Of a stretch of 64,000 bases of DNA, positions 10,658 to 24,800 are shown in pieces. This DNA is from Mytilus californianus. Lineage: Eukaryota. The position numbers and the translations under genes are program-made. Where the stretch lies: contig NW_026262581.1 of NCBI RefSeq assembly GCF_021869535.1, positions 17,608,001-17,672,000 of the forward strand. Direction: 5' to 3'. Each line of letters begins with the position of its first letter. The stretch's first letter is position 1. The notes beneath the pieces are model-generated. The model saw nothing but the letters and a program-made list of their open reading frames with translations. It searched no databases and was not told where the DNA came from.

Positions 10658-12539
10658 CTTTTACTTCGTAAACAATATCTGCGTTTATCTTTTGTCTATT
10701 TTTATACGAAGTGAAGAAGGAATCTAGATATGTTTTTCAGTCAGTCTTTTAATTTAAGAATTGGGAATACTACGTCAGACGGGCTGGTATTATAGTAATC
10801 CCAGTTACATGATAGAAAAATTGCAAGGGGGTATGGCTATGATTGTTGAACTCTAGCAATTTTGGGGATTTTGTTTTTGAGAAAACACATTGGATTCGCA
10901 CCGCCACTAGAGTTAGTAGTTTTGACACTAACTCTGAAGCCCCATTTTGATTGCTAACAAAATACTGATTAGTCATTTGGTATAAAAACGTTCCTTGAGT
11001 TTTGGACATGGAGTAATTAGTTATTTGAAAAGAAGGGTTCGCTTTGTTTTTACATTGCCAGTAATATAACGTTGTTTCTTGTAAGTTGAATACTGTAACG
11101 AAGGATTCTGATACTCACTTTTGGTTGAAATCCGAAAGTAGCATACAAAGGACAAATGATTGTCAAGCATATCATCCCTAGTAAGTGTCGTAAAGTATAT
11201 GTTTGGTTTCCGAGTAAATTCTCAATACCCCATTGCTTTATTTTAGGGTATTGCCTGCGAGGATATCCCGTATCCTTCGTCCCCACTTTTTAACCCCCTT
11301 TATCACACACCTGAACTTTATTTTGCCTTCTATATCCCACATCCCAAACGCGTGTCATCCGCCCCACTATTGAAGTAACCAAGGCTGTTTTAATTTTACA
11401 GAATAATGAAGGGAGAATACATTAACCATCTGTTTCTATGTATGTGTCGTTTATTGTCTAAAAAATATCATTACCTGTTTCAGCTTTAAAATGTCTGTAT
11501 ATGATTAAAGACAGTCCTTTTATTTGTTCTGTATAGATTTCTTTCTTTTTTTCAATATACAATCTATTTTTTTTTATTTTGTGGTCTTCATGCCATTATG
11601 TATTTTAGTTTCACGTTCCCCTTCCTTGGCGTTTTACAAACAAATACAAGTGATTAATATTTTGAAAATTAGAAACCCCGGTTTGACATATTATACCAGA
11701 ATATAGCGGTGATGAGGATGAATACAAATTCTACTAATGCATCAACTTGGTTAGATCCTAAAATGTCCCTTTTAAGGACTATCAGTATTTAAAAAGAATC
11801 TAAAATTGTAGTTCACTTAATAACAACTATTTCTTACGTTTATTTTTTTCCAAATTACAGAGAAAAAAATTAGGCCAAATCAAGCTGAAAACTGAATTGA
11901 GGACCGAAAATTCCGAAAGGTTTTTCAAAAATACAGCTTATGTATCCCAAGGATTTATATAGTAATGATGTTACTATATATAAATTCCTTGTATATACCA
12001 AGGACGTATAACTAAACAACCAAGATGTATGATGAATTCTGTATATAATAAATATAGCTTAGCACGCGTCTGTGATAAAATGATTAAAGTAAACGGTGTA
12101 TAATCTTCTATCGTGATTAATCGCAATTAACTTGGAAAAATACATAAGTGATATATATATATATCCCAGCATAATAACAATAAAATGTGCTATATAAAGA
12201 TTGAAGATAAAGAAATAAAAAATATTTCTATTTGTTTGTGGTTTAGCATAATTTCAATGAAGTCATATTATAACTAAAGGTTCATTTGAATGAAATCCAT
12301 CCGAAGAAACATTCAATTATCTACTACAAGATGTTAATTGAAAAGTGAAGGGGAAAAATCAATTACGGCTTAACATACATTTCTGTATTCTTTAATTTTA
12401 TATGTCATATTCTTTATTCTTTATATTTTGCCCATTATTCTCTATTCTTTATTTTTTTGCCTTATTTTTCTGTAGATTTTGGCTCATTATTCTCTATTCT
12501 GTTAACCGCATCCATACCCTCAGGCATATCATTTGTAGA

Positions 12540-12579
12540 ACCAGAGACATATATACACATGTGTTTATATGTCTCTGGT
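12540..12579. repeat. 40-bp spacerless palindrome with one mismatch
   Basis: ACCAGAGACATATATACACA|TGTGTTTATATGTCTCTGGT; 19 of 20 positions are complementary. Confidence 0.9.
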
Positions 12580-12802
12580 AGAACTATGTCAATAATATTG
12601 TGTTTGGTGTTCGGTGAATAGACATACCCCATTAAAACCGCGGGAAAATAGTTACCTCCCCCGTGTTGTATTTTTTTTTCGATACTTCTCTGATCTTATC
12701 ATTCACTTGATGACATTTTTGTCAGGATGTTTTGATCATAATACCTGTCATAGACAGGTGAAAATAAGGAATTATTTCGTAGAAACTTAGAAAGGATCGA
12801 AA

Positions 12803-15800
12803 ATGACTTCCGTCAAAGTAGCAGTCCGAGTTAGACCTTTTAATAATAGGTATTTTGAAATTATTTGCCACGAACAGATCTGAAGTTTTATTTAAAAAAA
12901 GTGTCCTCTTTGACGGCGTCTTTGTCTTTAAAAGGTTTAATACCAATAGACTTAACTGAAACCCAAAAAAATATGAAAAGTTTGCACACACAGTTCAGAA
13001 GATAACATACATTAATATTTCCTCAAACAGAGGAGTGAATCAGGACTATATGACATATTCAACAAATCCCTGTAATGGTTGTTCTACAGTCAAAAAAGTT
13101 AAAACAATCGGTTTATTATAATAGAATGCATTCACAAATAATTTGTTTATGGCTATGCATCAAAATGATTATTCAAATAAATTATGATGTCTCGGAAGGC
13201 ATTTTTTTTTATTAGATTACCTTCTGAATGCCCTATGAATCTTTTGACAAACCTGGGACTATTACACTAATATAGTTGTCCTACATGTACGATGTAGTCC
13301 GGTAAATCCGCCCACACAAGGCTTTGATCATATGTATTTCTGCTTAATTATATACAAATTGTATAAAATTTAATATAAATCGATTCACTGGCAAATCAAT
13401 TTTGAGCAGTTTATCTCATTTCCCAAAAAATATCTGAAATAAATTTTAAAAACAACAAAACAAGTGGGTCATCTGTGTTTTTATCGGAAATATGTTTGTC
13501 TGGTAAATCTGCCCATGTGCAGTAAATATGTATGGAGGGCCAGTTTATCACATATTTATGAAAGGAAAAGGTGATCTATTAATAGACCACTTAAAGAGGG
13601 ATTCCAGACAATCGAAAAAATAATAAATTTCAAGTCAGAAAGGAGTTTTGTAAGCAATAATATGATTATCGGTAGCTTTAGGAATTGTATTATAAATATC
13701 ACTAGATATTTTCGTAATAAAGGATTTTTCTTTAAAATTTGACATGCAGTGATGATAAGTATAGTTCCTATGAATAAAATAGCAGACGAAATATTCAGGG
13801 AAGTGACAATTACAGAAGTAAATTGGAGTGGGCGGGTTTACTGGACGTGCAGAATTACCGGACAATTACAGTTATCACTTGGTGGCAAAAAGGGAATAAT
13901 TATATTTTAGAAGTTTTTGTTGCCAGTGACTTACAAATTCCGGATTGTCATGCTTTCTCAGCACTAGTTGGCTTATCAATGTGCTTGAGTACCGGCATAC
14001 AGTTGAAACAATAACTACCTTTGAAATTCATCTTTCAAGTTGGCATTCATTTACAATGGATATTTAAAAAAATTCCTGAATTTTTTGCACAAGGTAACTT
14101 GCTCAAATATAACTCAAATGTTTAGGGATAATGTTGTGAAAACATGGGAATTTTCTTAAATTTTTCTGTTTGTGCGTTTCCGTAAGACAGTTTTTTTCTT
14201 TCAAACCAATGTTTTTCCTGTCTATAATGAGATGAAAATCAATAGTTGCCTCCCGTACACCATAGATTTGACTATTTCAGCACTCATAAAATAAGTTTGA
14301 TTAAATTTCAGTAGTCTCCCATAAAGAACAGTTTGTGTGGTGGTAAGAATTTTTGTAAGCCACATTTTCATCAGACAACAGTGAAACAACAAAAAATAAA
14401 ATAAAATCCATCTGTATTACGGAATTACAAATCTGTGTATGCCAATGCATTTTAACTGCAGTTCAAAAAAACTTAAAAATAGGTGAAAAGGCTACATGTA
14501 TCTATTATAGGATAAACAGACAGATGTTAACAGAGGATGAAACCCACATGAACCTAATTTTATGTACTTAAGTGTTTGTTTCCTATCTTTATATTGTCCT
14601 GAAGACTCCACTCTAAACATGAAAAATGGGAAACATGTCAAGCACGACAATAAAATAATTTCCTGGCCATTACCAGGATGTTGATGTCTTATTTTAGTTT
14701 GGATTCACGAGGTCTTAAGACAATAAGCATAATTTGGTGTCTGTTAATGACTGTACCAGCTTGAAACGCCAGAAGGTGTTGGTTCACTTGACTTTTTAAA
14801 TAATTAATCTAAAGTGAATTAAGTCCAAAATTTTGTATTTGGTTTGCTTTTTTACAAGTATCCAGAACCCTTCATTTATACTAATGATGATGCATAAAAT
14901 CTAGGTGAAATTCAGATTTTTCCCAGAGTTTATATGACTTGAAAAAAACATATTCTGCAACTTTTCATTTTGAAAGATTTCCTTTCTCTTTACTAATCAT
15001 TTTGACCTCCTTTAGTTTGACCTCACATGAAAAGATAAGTCCTTGCTTTATTGGATCGGAGGTAGCTATCAGGATGTGTAAAAGGATTACTGGATCAGCA
15101 AAAATCAGATTTCTCATTATCACTGCCTAGTCATTTGTCATAAGCAGTTGTGAAGATACAAAATTCATGAAATCTTTAATCATCATGAATATTTATGTAT
15201 TGTTTGAATCTTGAAGCATCCACATTTTGTTGTATTTGCAAGTAAATAAGTAAATATTTCAAGAGGGAAGCACAGTTAGCAACAATACAGCTTAGGTCAA
15301 ATATTCCCTTAAGCCCTGTATGCATGCCATATCAAATAATTTATGGTGACACCTGATCAGGCATTGAGATACATTGTCATGATTGTAGCCTGGTTAATTG
15401 GTACATTTTGGTCTCGAGAGAGGTACTGCTGGAAAACCTTTCCCAAAGGTACCAATTGAGAACCTTTTGTGTTAGCTGTTTTTTTTTTGTGTATCAATAG
15501 AATGATAAATAAATTTATTAATGACTGCTTCCTGTCCAGTGACACATATTTCATGCAGTTTCAAGACAATGGCATGTAAATGAATATACCATGTTTTTTC
15601 AAGACAAACACACTGGATTAGAAATTAAAGTGCTAGTTCAGGCAATTTTCGCCCTATCTGGACATATTTTATGGCTCAAAACAAAGTAGTTTGCAGAGAA
15701 GCTACAGTTTAAAAGTCATTGATTTGACTCAGTGGTAGTCTATCCCAGGACCATTTGCACCGTACCATGAGAGAGATTTGGTTGTTTAAATGCAAAGTAA

Positions 15801-18800
15801 TCAAAAAAGCTTTCAATCCTGTTACATATCTAACTATTAGACATCAAATTTAACACTGTAAAATTTTAATTGGTATTTTTTTAAATTATGCAATTTATTT
15901 TAATAGGGAAATTGATCTAGATAGCAAATTTATAGTGTCCATGAATGGAGGGAAAACAACAATCACCAATCCTAAGGCAAGTATTTTATTATAAGTTATA
16001 TGGTTTCAGGGATCACCACAACCTATTAAAGGATGGCGGTGCGCCACGCTAAAATTTCTAGCACCACGTTAAAATTCCCAGCGCCATGCTTATTTTATTG
16101 TCCGCCACACAGATATCCCTAATCCAATTATCATGTCAGTGGCAATTAAGAAGTCGAATTATTGTTAATTGCCTCAAGGGATGTACACTGACAGCTGATT
16201 ATATTATTTACATGGTCTCGCGTGGTTGGAACAAGGTATATGTAACAACCAATGAACGATCATGACCCAGTTTCTTCAATTTGAAAAGTAAAACTTGTTT
16301 GCAAACTACAGTTATTTTATAAATGCATATGTTTGACTATACCTTAAATGGAATGTTTATATCCTAACTAGATTAATAAAAGCAGTAGTCCAGAAAACAA
16401 ATGGATTGCCTGACCACATGGTCCTTTTGTTGACAACAATGTCACATAATCTCTTTTGGCAGGAAAATACTGGGGAATACCTAAATAACAGACAAACATT
16501 GTCTGGTTATTTTTAGACAGTTAGATCTGGGATAGGAGTTTCCTTATCTTAAAACTCATTTAAAGTAAGAAAAGAGTAAAACTGGATATATAATTCCTGT
16601 ATTGGAAAAGAGGGGAGTTAATTTAATAAAATTATACATAACACATATGATTTTATAAACTGCTAGATAGGCTTAATTTGGTGGAAATGACTGAAATTCT
16701 GTGACTGAATATTTTTTTTTATTATTAATTTCTTTATCTTTTTAGACCTTTTTACCATGTGGTTTTCCATAAGACAATTAAGATTAAATTTATCAGAATA
16801 TTCCTGCAATCTGGGAAGCCACATCAGGTGTTTACTCTCCCTGTTTAATATGTTCCTACAAGTGTGGAGAAATGCACTAATAGGACCAACTACAAAATCT
16901 GTGTGAGACCCCCTTTCCAAATTAGCTATATATATATGACAAATACATGTAAGGCATATAATTAATAATTCATGCACAAGGAATCGATTTGACAATGCAA
17001 CACAAAATCTCTGATTTGATGAACTTTCTCCCCCACCCTTGATTTTCATTCTGTGGTGAACCCTGGGTTTGCTACTGTCCTAGTGTCAGTAGTAAACGGA
17101 TTTATAGGGGGTCACCATGTGCCAACGTTAAACAATGTCACTAACTTTACCTGAGGTGTGATAATTCATTTTATACGGAATATAAAAAGGATTAAGGACA
17201 TATTTTTAGTCCGTCAAAATTGTGGAAAATGTATGCACTTGACATGTGACAGTTAATGTAGAAGGGCAACTGCACAAGGTAAAAGACACAGAGCCCTTCT
17301 TAACAAATAAAAAACCCCACCTTTTCCATCTCAACTCTTTGGACATTTCTAAGGACCTGCCTGTTTGTGCGAATTTTAAGGTAGACTTTTGGGATTCAGT
17401 GAAACTGAAAATATCATTTTATTTATTTAACTTAACTAATTACTGTGGATTCATATATGTTCATTGGTGTTAATAAATGTGCTTCAACAAAAATGTGCTA
17501 TTTTTAGGTTTCTTTATTTCATCTTATTATCATTTGCTCTCATCAAAGTAATTAGCATTTTGTGAAGTATTTGAATTTGTAATTGCTACCTTGACACCAG
17601 AAATCCAAGAAAATTGATTTCCAGTGAATGTATTAAATATAAATGAATCCACAGTACGTTATTTTTATATGTAACAGAAGAAATGGAATTTTTTGGTTAT
17701 TTATTTGTTTAGTATCTGCAAACAAATAGTAAAACAATCACCCAATTTGCTTTATATGTTTGTTATGACGTCAGTTCTACAGACATGGCAGATGAAAATA
17801 ATCTCAATTTTCGACATTGTTCAATCAAATAAAAATAAGAATTTTTGACTGATATAAACTTTTGTAAGTAGATGAATTTATTTTTTAGCATATATTCAGT
17901 ACATGTATAAGTCAATTTCTTTTCAATTGCAGATTCCTGAAAGGAATGCAGAAGGAGGGCATGCTAAAGATGCTATGAGGATAAAGGATTTCACATATGA
18001 CTTTTCATTTTGGTCTGTGGATAAAAATGAGCCTAAATATTGTTCTCAAAAACAGGTTTGTTTAAATAGATACTTGAATGCTGAAAATGTTTCACTGAAT
18101 TGTAAACAAGCAAAGATGATTGAAGTTTACCGTGTGCCTAATTTTGTGTCCACATATTTTATACAAAGAAGTTTTATATTCAATTAATAGGTAGGTACTT
18201 AAAATTTTGTTAGGATTAGGAAATTGTTTAAAATATATTTGGTAGATTTTTTTAAAAGTTCAAATATTCAGTGATTTATCAATAAATTGATGCTAATGAT
18301 ATGACGTTCCATGCATTGGTGAATATTTTTCCATAGAATAAGTCCCTCTGTGACCAAAACATTTAAAAAAATATGGTTAAAACTTCATTATTTCCTGTTT
18401 TTGATAACATATCTTAGATAAGTTTAATATATATAGATGATTATATATAGTCATAACAAATTCGTTTATAGTAACTTCTTGAGAAAACTTAAATTTCTAC
18501 TTTTCTGATATAACATCCCTAATACATTCTAAAATTTCAGTTTATTAGCAGGAATGTCTCAAGCTCAGTAAATTATTATGTTTTAGGTTTTCCAGTGTTT
18601 AGGGTCAGATGTGGTGACTTCAGCTTATGATGGTTACAATGCGTGTGTTTTTGCCTATGGACAGACAGGATCAGGAAAGAGTTACACTATGATGGGTAAC
18701 CCTGTATGTTTATTGAGGTTTCTTTTATGTCCTGTCAATGATAGTATGGGTATGAGAGTTTCCAGTCCGTGAAGTTTTAGTCACATGAACTTGAAACTTA

Positions 18801-21800
18801 ATGCACATTTTCATTATGTGTGAACTTTTTAATGATACTTTTTGTCTTATAAGGATTTTGAACCAGATCTTGTCATATTCTGAAGATCAAAATGTAATAG
18901 TGTGAGCTGGGTATAGTGTCCTAGGGAGACTAGTCCAAGACTGTGCTGACATCTGACAGCCTTATTTGAGGACTTGCATGGGCCTATGGATCTGAGTTCA
19001 GTTCCTTAAGAAAACTTGGAAATTGCTGACCCAGTCTTGGGCCAGCAAGTTTTTGTCTCAAAATTGTAAAATAGATGGATTGCTCCAAGAATATGTACTG
19101 AATTCCACTTTCATTTATGTAGCTTTAATTCCCTCAACCCCTTCCATTTGAAGAGACATACTCTCGCTAGAGGGGTTAGTCTCTGAATAGAAAACATATT
19201 TGTGGAGAAAACTTTATTTTGAAACAAATGTATGATTTGTCTTCTAGACAATGGATCTACTACACTTTGGAGTCAGAAACTTGCAGGCTGTTTTCTTAAT
19301 GGACTGTGCTTTGATGTCCAATGGCCCCATCAAGTCCCAAAAAGGCTGTCAGACATTAAAGCAATCTCTGACTAATTGATACAGATTCTAAATGTTTTGC
19401 TGTAGTAATTATTGACATAAATGTATATTGTATAAACATTCATCTTAACTGAAAAACTAAAAAGATTCAATCTTGGAGTGTTCAATCTTTGATCTTAGAG
19501 TGATTCCAGTCATTAAGTTTTTTATTACATTTGTAGATCAGTTTAAATAACTGAAGTTAGATGAATTATATATAAGAACTTAGTGTACATTTAATCTTTT
19601 CAACCTTACAACAAGCTTCTGTAACTAAAAAAAATAATGAAAATTTAATGATTTATTTTGCTTTAAAATTTAACAAGGTCTGTGTAAGTTGATCTCTGTA
19701 CCTACATTGTATATCAGTCATATTTGATATGAAGTTCTGCTATTGCATGTTTAATAGGAATTCTAAATACATTTGTATGTTCATTGTTGAAAATTCCTTC
19801 ATTGGATTGTAATCATTTAAATTTAAAGTTTTGATCTGACAATACTACTTTAATCAAAACCACACTGCTATAAGTACATGACAATGAGATATTAATCAAA
19901 ACCACACTGCTATAAGTACATGACAGTGAGATATTAATCAAAACCACACTGCTATAAGTACATGATAATACTACTTTAATCAAAACCACACTTGCTGTAA
20001 GTACATGACAATACTACTTTAATCAAAACCACACTCCTATAAGTACATGACAATGAGATATTAATCGAAACCACACTGCTATAAGTACATGATAATGAGA
20101 TATTTATCAAAACCACACTGCTATAAGTACATGACAATGAGATATAAAATTAAGTATATCACATAATTTTTTTCAAATATATTTTTCAGGATGATCTAGG
20201 ACTGATACCAAGGATATGTCAGGTATTGTGTGGTTTCATATGATGAAAAATTAACAAAAAATTGTAAGATTTGTATATACATGTAGATTTGTAGGAAGGA
20301 TCCTATCAATAGATTTCTTTAAAAAAATTAGCTTCTTTTTTTGCACAAGACAAAATATTTAAACATACCCATAATGAAATATTCCTATGTTTTCAACTTA
20401 ATGTACTAGAAAACAGATTATGTAGTTAATATGCTTTTGCATCAGTTATAGAGAACAACTATTTTATTGTACAATGTAACCTAAAAAGAATAGACTTACA
20501 AAACAAATTCAGAAAAAAATTTGAAATACATGTTATCTTGATCCAATTTTCACATTATTTTTTGTTATTAAAAACAATTTCATTTGTCAACAAAGACACG
20601 CTTGATCTGATTGTAACATCATACTGGTACTGACCTGTGTAAAGACCAGTAAACAGCTTCTTAATAAAGATAGATACTGAAAAATTATTTCAAATTCTGT
20701 TTCATTGTCTATTTTTTCTACTGTAAACACGTACTCAATTCAACTGAAACAAATTCCAATAATCTCCTTATTCAAGTTATATGGTAAATTTCAGACTCAT
20801 AAATGATAAATCTTTTTTTTTTGTAGGAGCTATTTTGTAGAATGAGAGAAGATGATACAAACTATAGAATAGAAGTCAGGTAAGATATTGTTTAGTGGTG
20901 GTTTTGACAAGGGTAATTTGTCTACATCATGATGGAAAAAAATTACAATCCAGATGAGTTTGAAGTTAGTTATGATTGAGACCTTCCTCAAGAGGCATGT
21001 TATGAGAGATTTAATGCAAATTTCGCCTTTTCAGATTCTAAAGGACTATGGGTAATCTCATTGTTCGTACCCCAAAATGAAAATAACGTTACATCATTGG
21101 TTGTATTTCCATTGTTTAGTACGTTTTCCACCAATCACAACATTTTGGTGTAGTCCCTTTTGAAAATATTACCCAGAATGCATAAGATTCTGAAACGGCG
21201 AATTCATGAGAGGTAACGTAGGATTATTTCATCAAATAAAAACTTAAAAGGTTAAAGAAATATGAAAGGTTGATTTACTTTATATTTCAGCTATATGGAA
21301 ATATACAATGAAAAGGTTCGTGATTTGTTGAAACAATCATCAAATTCAAAGACAGTACATAATCTACGAGTCAGAGAACATCCAAAAGATGGACCTTATG
21401 TCCAAGGTAAATACACATATAAATACATTTATGTTTTAATGATGTTAAATTTTATGTGAAAAGATATCAAAATATACAAGTAAATGTTTAAAATATATGT
21501 TTCAAAAGTCTTTTCTCCTTTTTAAAATATTTATTGTCTGAGTATTTATATTATTTACTACTCAATTACAAACACAAAATCACAATATAATGATATCATT
21601 CTCTTAAAGATGAGAAAAGTAGTCTATGGGAGTTTGGTATAAATTTAAGTCAAATGTTGCTATTTGAATATTTTTCTCACGTACCAACCTAAATTTATTT
21701 TTCTACATGCTGTACACCTTACAAGAGTATGTCAATTATCCTTATATGTATGCAGCTAGATTAGAGAAGTTCAGGGAAGAAAAACTCAAAATATGAATTG

Positions 21801-24800
21801 ATATGCAGCAAAAATTAACACTTTTGAAATTAAGTTACTTAGCAAATTCAAACAGACATATCCTGATGTAAACATTGAATGAGAATACATCATGAAGACG
21901 CCACATGTATGTACAAAAATCAAAAAGACCTATTATTATAATTGTAAAAAAAAAAACAGTAAAATTCTTTAAACGAAAAGCCTAATTTGTTAAAATATTT
22001 ATCCTTATTTTTTTTTAACCTGCACAGGCACAACTTTTAAATTGTTATATTCATGTAAAGACAATATTTCTATACTGAAAGTTTATGTAACAATGAGCAT
22101 ACCAGTGTACTTGAAAACTAAGATGTGGAAAATAGGTATATTATATTGAAATTGTAACATGCTAAGGACTATGTTGAACAATCCCATTATTGGTGACTTG
22201 AAAGAGTTTTAGATTTTGTATATACTGGTATATGATTTTTTCCAATTTTTTTTATTAATATGCAGCAAAGATTTATATTTTTTTTTTAAATTCAGTTTAA
22301 CAAGCTTCTAATGCAATTATTTTGATAAATAATGAAAATAAAACACCATGTATTTGCATGTATATTTCTAATAGCACAGTTTAACAAATAATATTCTTTA
22401 AAATGTAAGATTGTTGATTAGAAATTACTTTTAATCAGTATTGTTATCTGCATTATTTTTTTATTATTGATTTTGTCGACTTTCCGTATGAAGACTTACT
22501 TTTCTATTGTTCTCATGTCATTGGTTTTCCCACTGATCAAACAATTTGTATTCACACTAATTCTAAAAAAAATATAGGATTATATACACAATTTTATGTT
22601 AGTTTGTAAATATTAGAGACTGGACATGTTTTTTGACAAATATGGGACTCTAGTCTTGTCATTCGTAAATTTTAGTGGACAAAGGTAACATTCACTTGTT
22701 CAATTTTTATCAACCTGCATTAAAATAACAGAATCTCTTTGTTTTAGATCTGTCAAAACACATAGTAAATAATTATGAAGATGTAGAGGAACTAATGCAT
22801 AGAGGCAATTCTGTCAGGTATATTGTATGTCTTACTTTTATATGATATATTATAACATTGAAATAAGGAAATGTGGTATGATGGCCATGAGACAACTCTC
22901 CACCAGAGACCAAATGACGTAGAAGTTACTATAGGTCACTGTACGTACAGTATAAGAATAATTTTGAACATAAAATAATGTCAATTAATATGCAGTTCAT
23001 AAAAAAAGGAGATTTGGGGTTAATGCATTGAGCAGCAACCCATAACATGAACAAACAAAAGACATTTAGAGGTCAATAATAAACAATTGTCTATGCAAAA
23101 CGTCAAGTGCTGAACCACCCTGAGTCTAGACAAGTAGTCAATAGATTTAACAATAGACTTATCCCACGTAGACGTATCAACCTCTGCTAGCAATACCAAA
23201 TCCCCTAAAGGATAAAGACATTAAAAGATAATGCATAAATATATGCATAATTTGATATAGACCAGTGATGTGGAATGTGGATTCCCTTAAATCATAGCTG
23301 GATAAGTCCTGCAGGCTGTCTCCAGGTAAAAACTATTTTTATTCTTTCATCATGAAGTTATATCTATTTCATATTTTTTATAGGCATGCTTCCTCCTTTT
23401 CATCATGTTTATATTTTGACAGAGTAACAGCTACAACAAAGATGAATGATGTCAGTAGTAGGTCACATGCCATATTTACTTTGGTCTTCACACAGGTTTG
23501 TGCCATATTTACATGTAAAATTGACACGCATAAAGGTGATCTTATCTTTGTAAATTGCACTGTGAACTCATTATTATTTTTATAATCTAACTGGATTTCA
23601 TAGGGGTACCAAAGTTTTAAGTATTCAGGGATTTTTGGATGCAGTAAATACACTCTCATGAAACATCAAATTTAACAAGATGCAAGTACTTTTGAAGTAT
23701 TTGTTTGTTTTCATGTCTGTTACAAACACTACAGTTTAATCCACTTTAAATCGGAGAACTGAAAGAAGGTGTATGGTTAACAACCAATCATATCAAGATA
23801 CTTTAGAAGTAAACATTAATGCTTATTTAATTTCCACATCCTATAGTAAAACATTTTCATTATTTGCTATTTTCATTCATAAAAATTAATTATAAAAAGA
23901 CTTTATTGGTTACACAGAATCACTGAAGAGCATTTTTTAGCAAGATCATGTATTGCATTGAAAAAAAAGTGGATAAATTACTTTATTTTCTAATTTTTCA
24001 GTCTATTTTACAAATTTTTATTTTGTGTTTTATATTGAAATTGTTTATTCTGTTTTGTTTACTTCAGGCCAAATTTATAGATGATTTACCATGTGAAACA
24101 ACCAGTAAACTGCATCTAGTAGATCTAGCAGGCAGGTGAGTTTGGAAAAATATATTATTGTTAAATGATTATAACCTGATTGTATGAGGTATATTATACT
24201 TTAATTTGTGAAAACAAGAATATGTAAATCAAATCAAATAATTTTATTGGTGTAAATTCCAATACAGGAATGATACCAGCTGACATTTACAAAATACAAA
24301 TACAAAAAATTGACAAAAATAAACAAAAACAAATATATCGAGACACATATTTTCTCAATGATAAGAGACACATATTTTATATCTATATTGCGTTGAGGTG
24401 TTATTCATACTATATTTTTAATTCAAGCTATTACAATAAGCTTTAATACAACAACAGTTATTAACAACATTATGTTTGCTTTAAATGAATGTTCGAATGT
24501 ATGAAATCAATACATATTAGAAATTGTGGCTTTCAGATCCATTAGTTTTTGGATTTTGTTGAACAAGAATATTATAATACTTACCCGAATAAAAGTTTTC
24601 CATTGATATGAGCATATGCTGGTTTCAATGACAAAGTTGTTGATATCCTCTTTTACTAACGGGATTATTAACAACCTTTGACTACCAAGAGGGCCTTGTA
24701 AACCATCTCATTATCTCTCTGTCAAATCCTTCAGATGATATTGTTAAGAGAATAAATGAACTTATTTATACATACATATGGAACTCACCTATACATAGAG

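Noticed and set aside
15981-15986. GT at 15981 as the donor of KIF16B intron 2
   Set aside because: It adds 4 nt and breaks the frame with exon 3.
19851-20146. 42-bp array with a variable 7-nt block as CRISPR-like
   Set aside because: The variable block has only two alternating states and units are head-to-tail, so it is an ordinary minisatellite.
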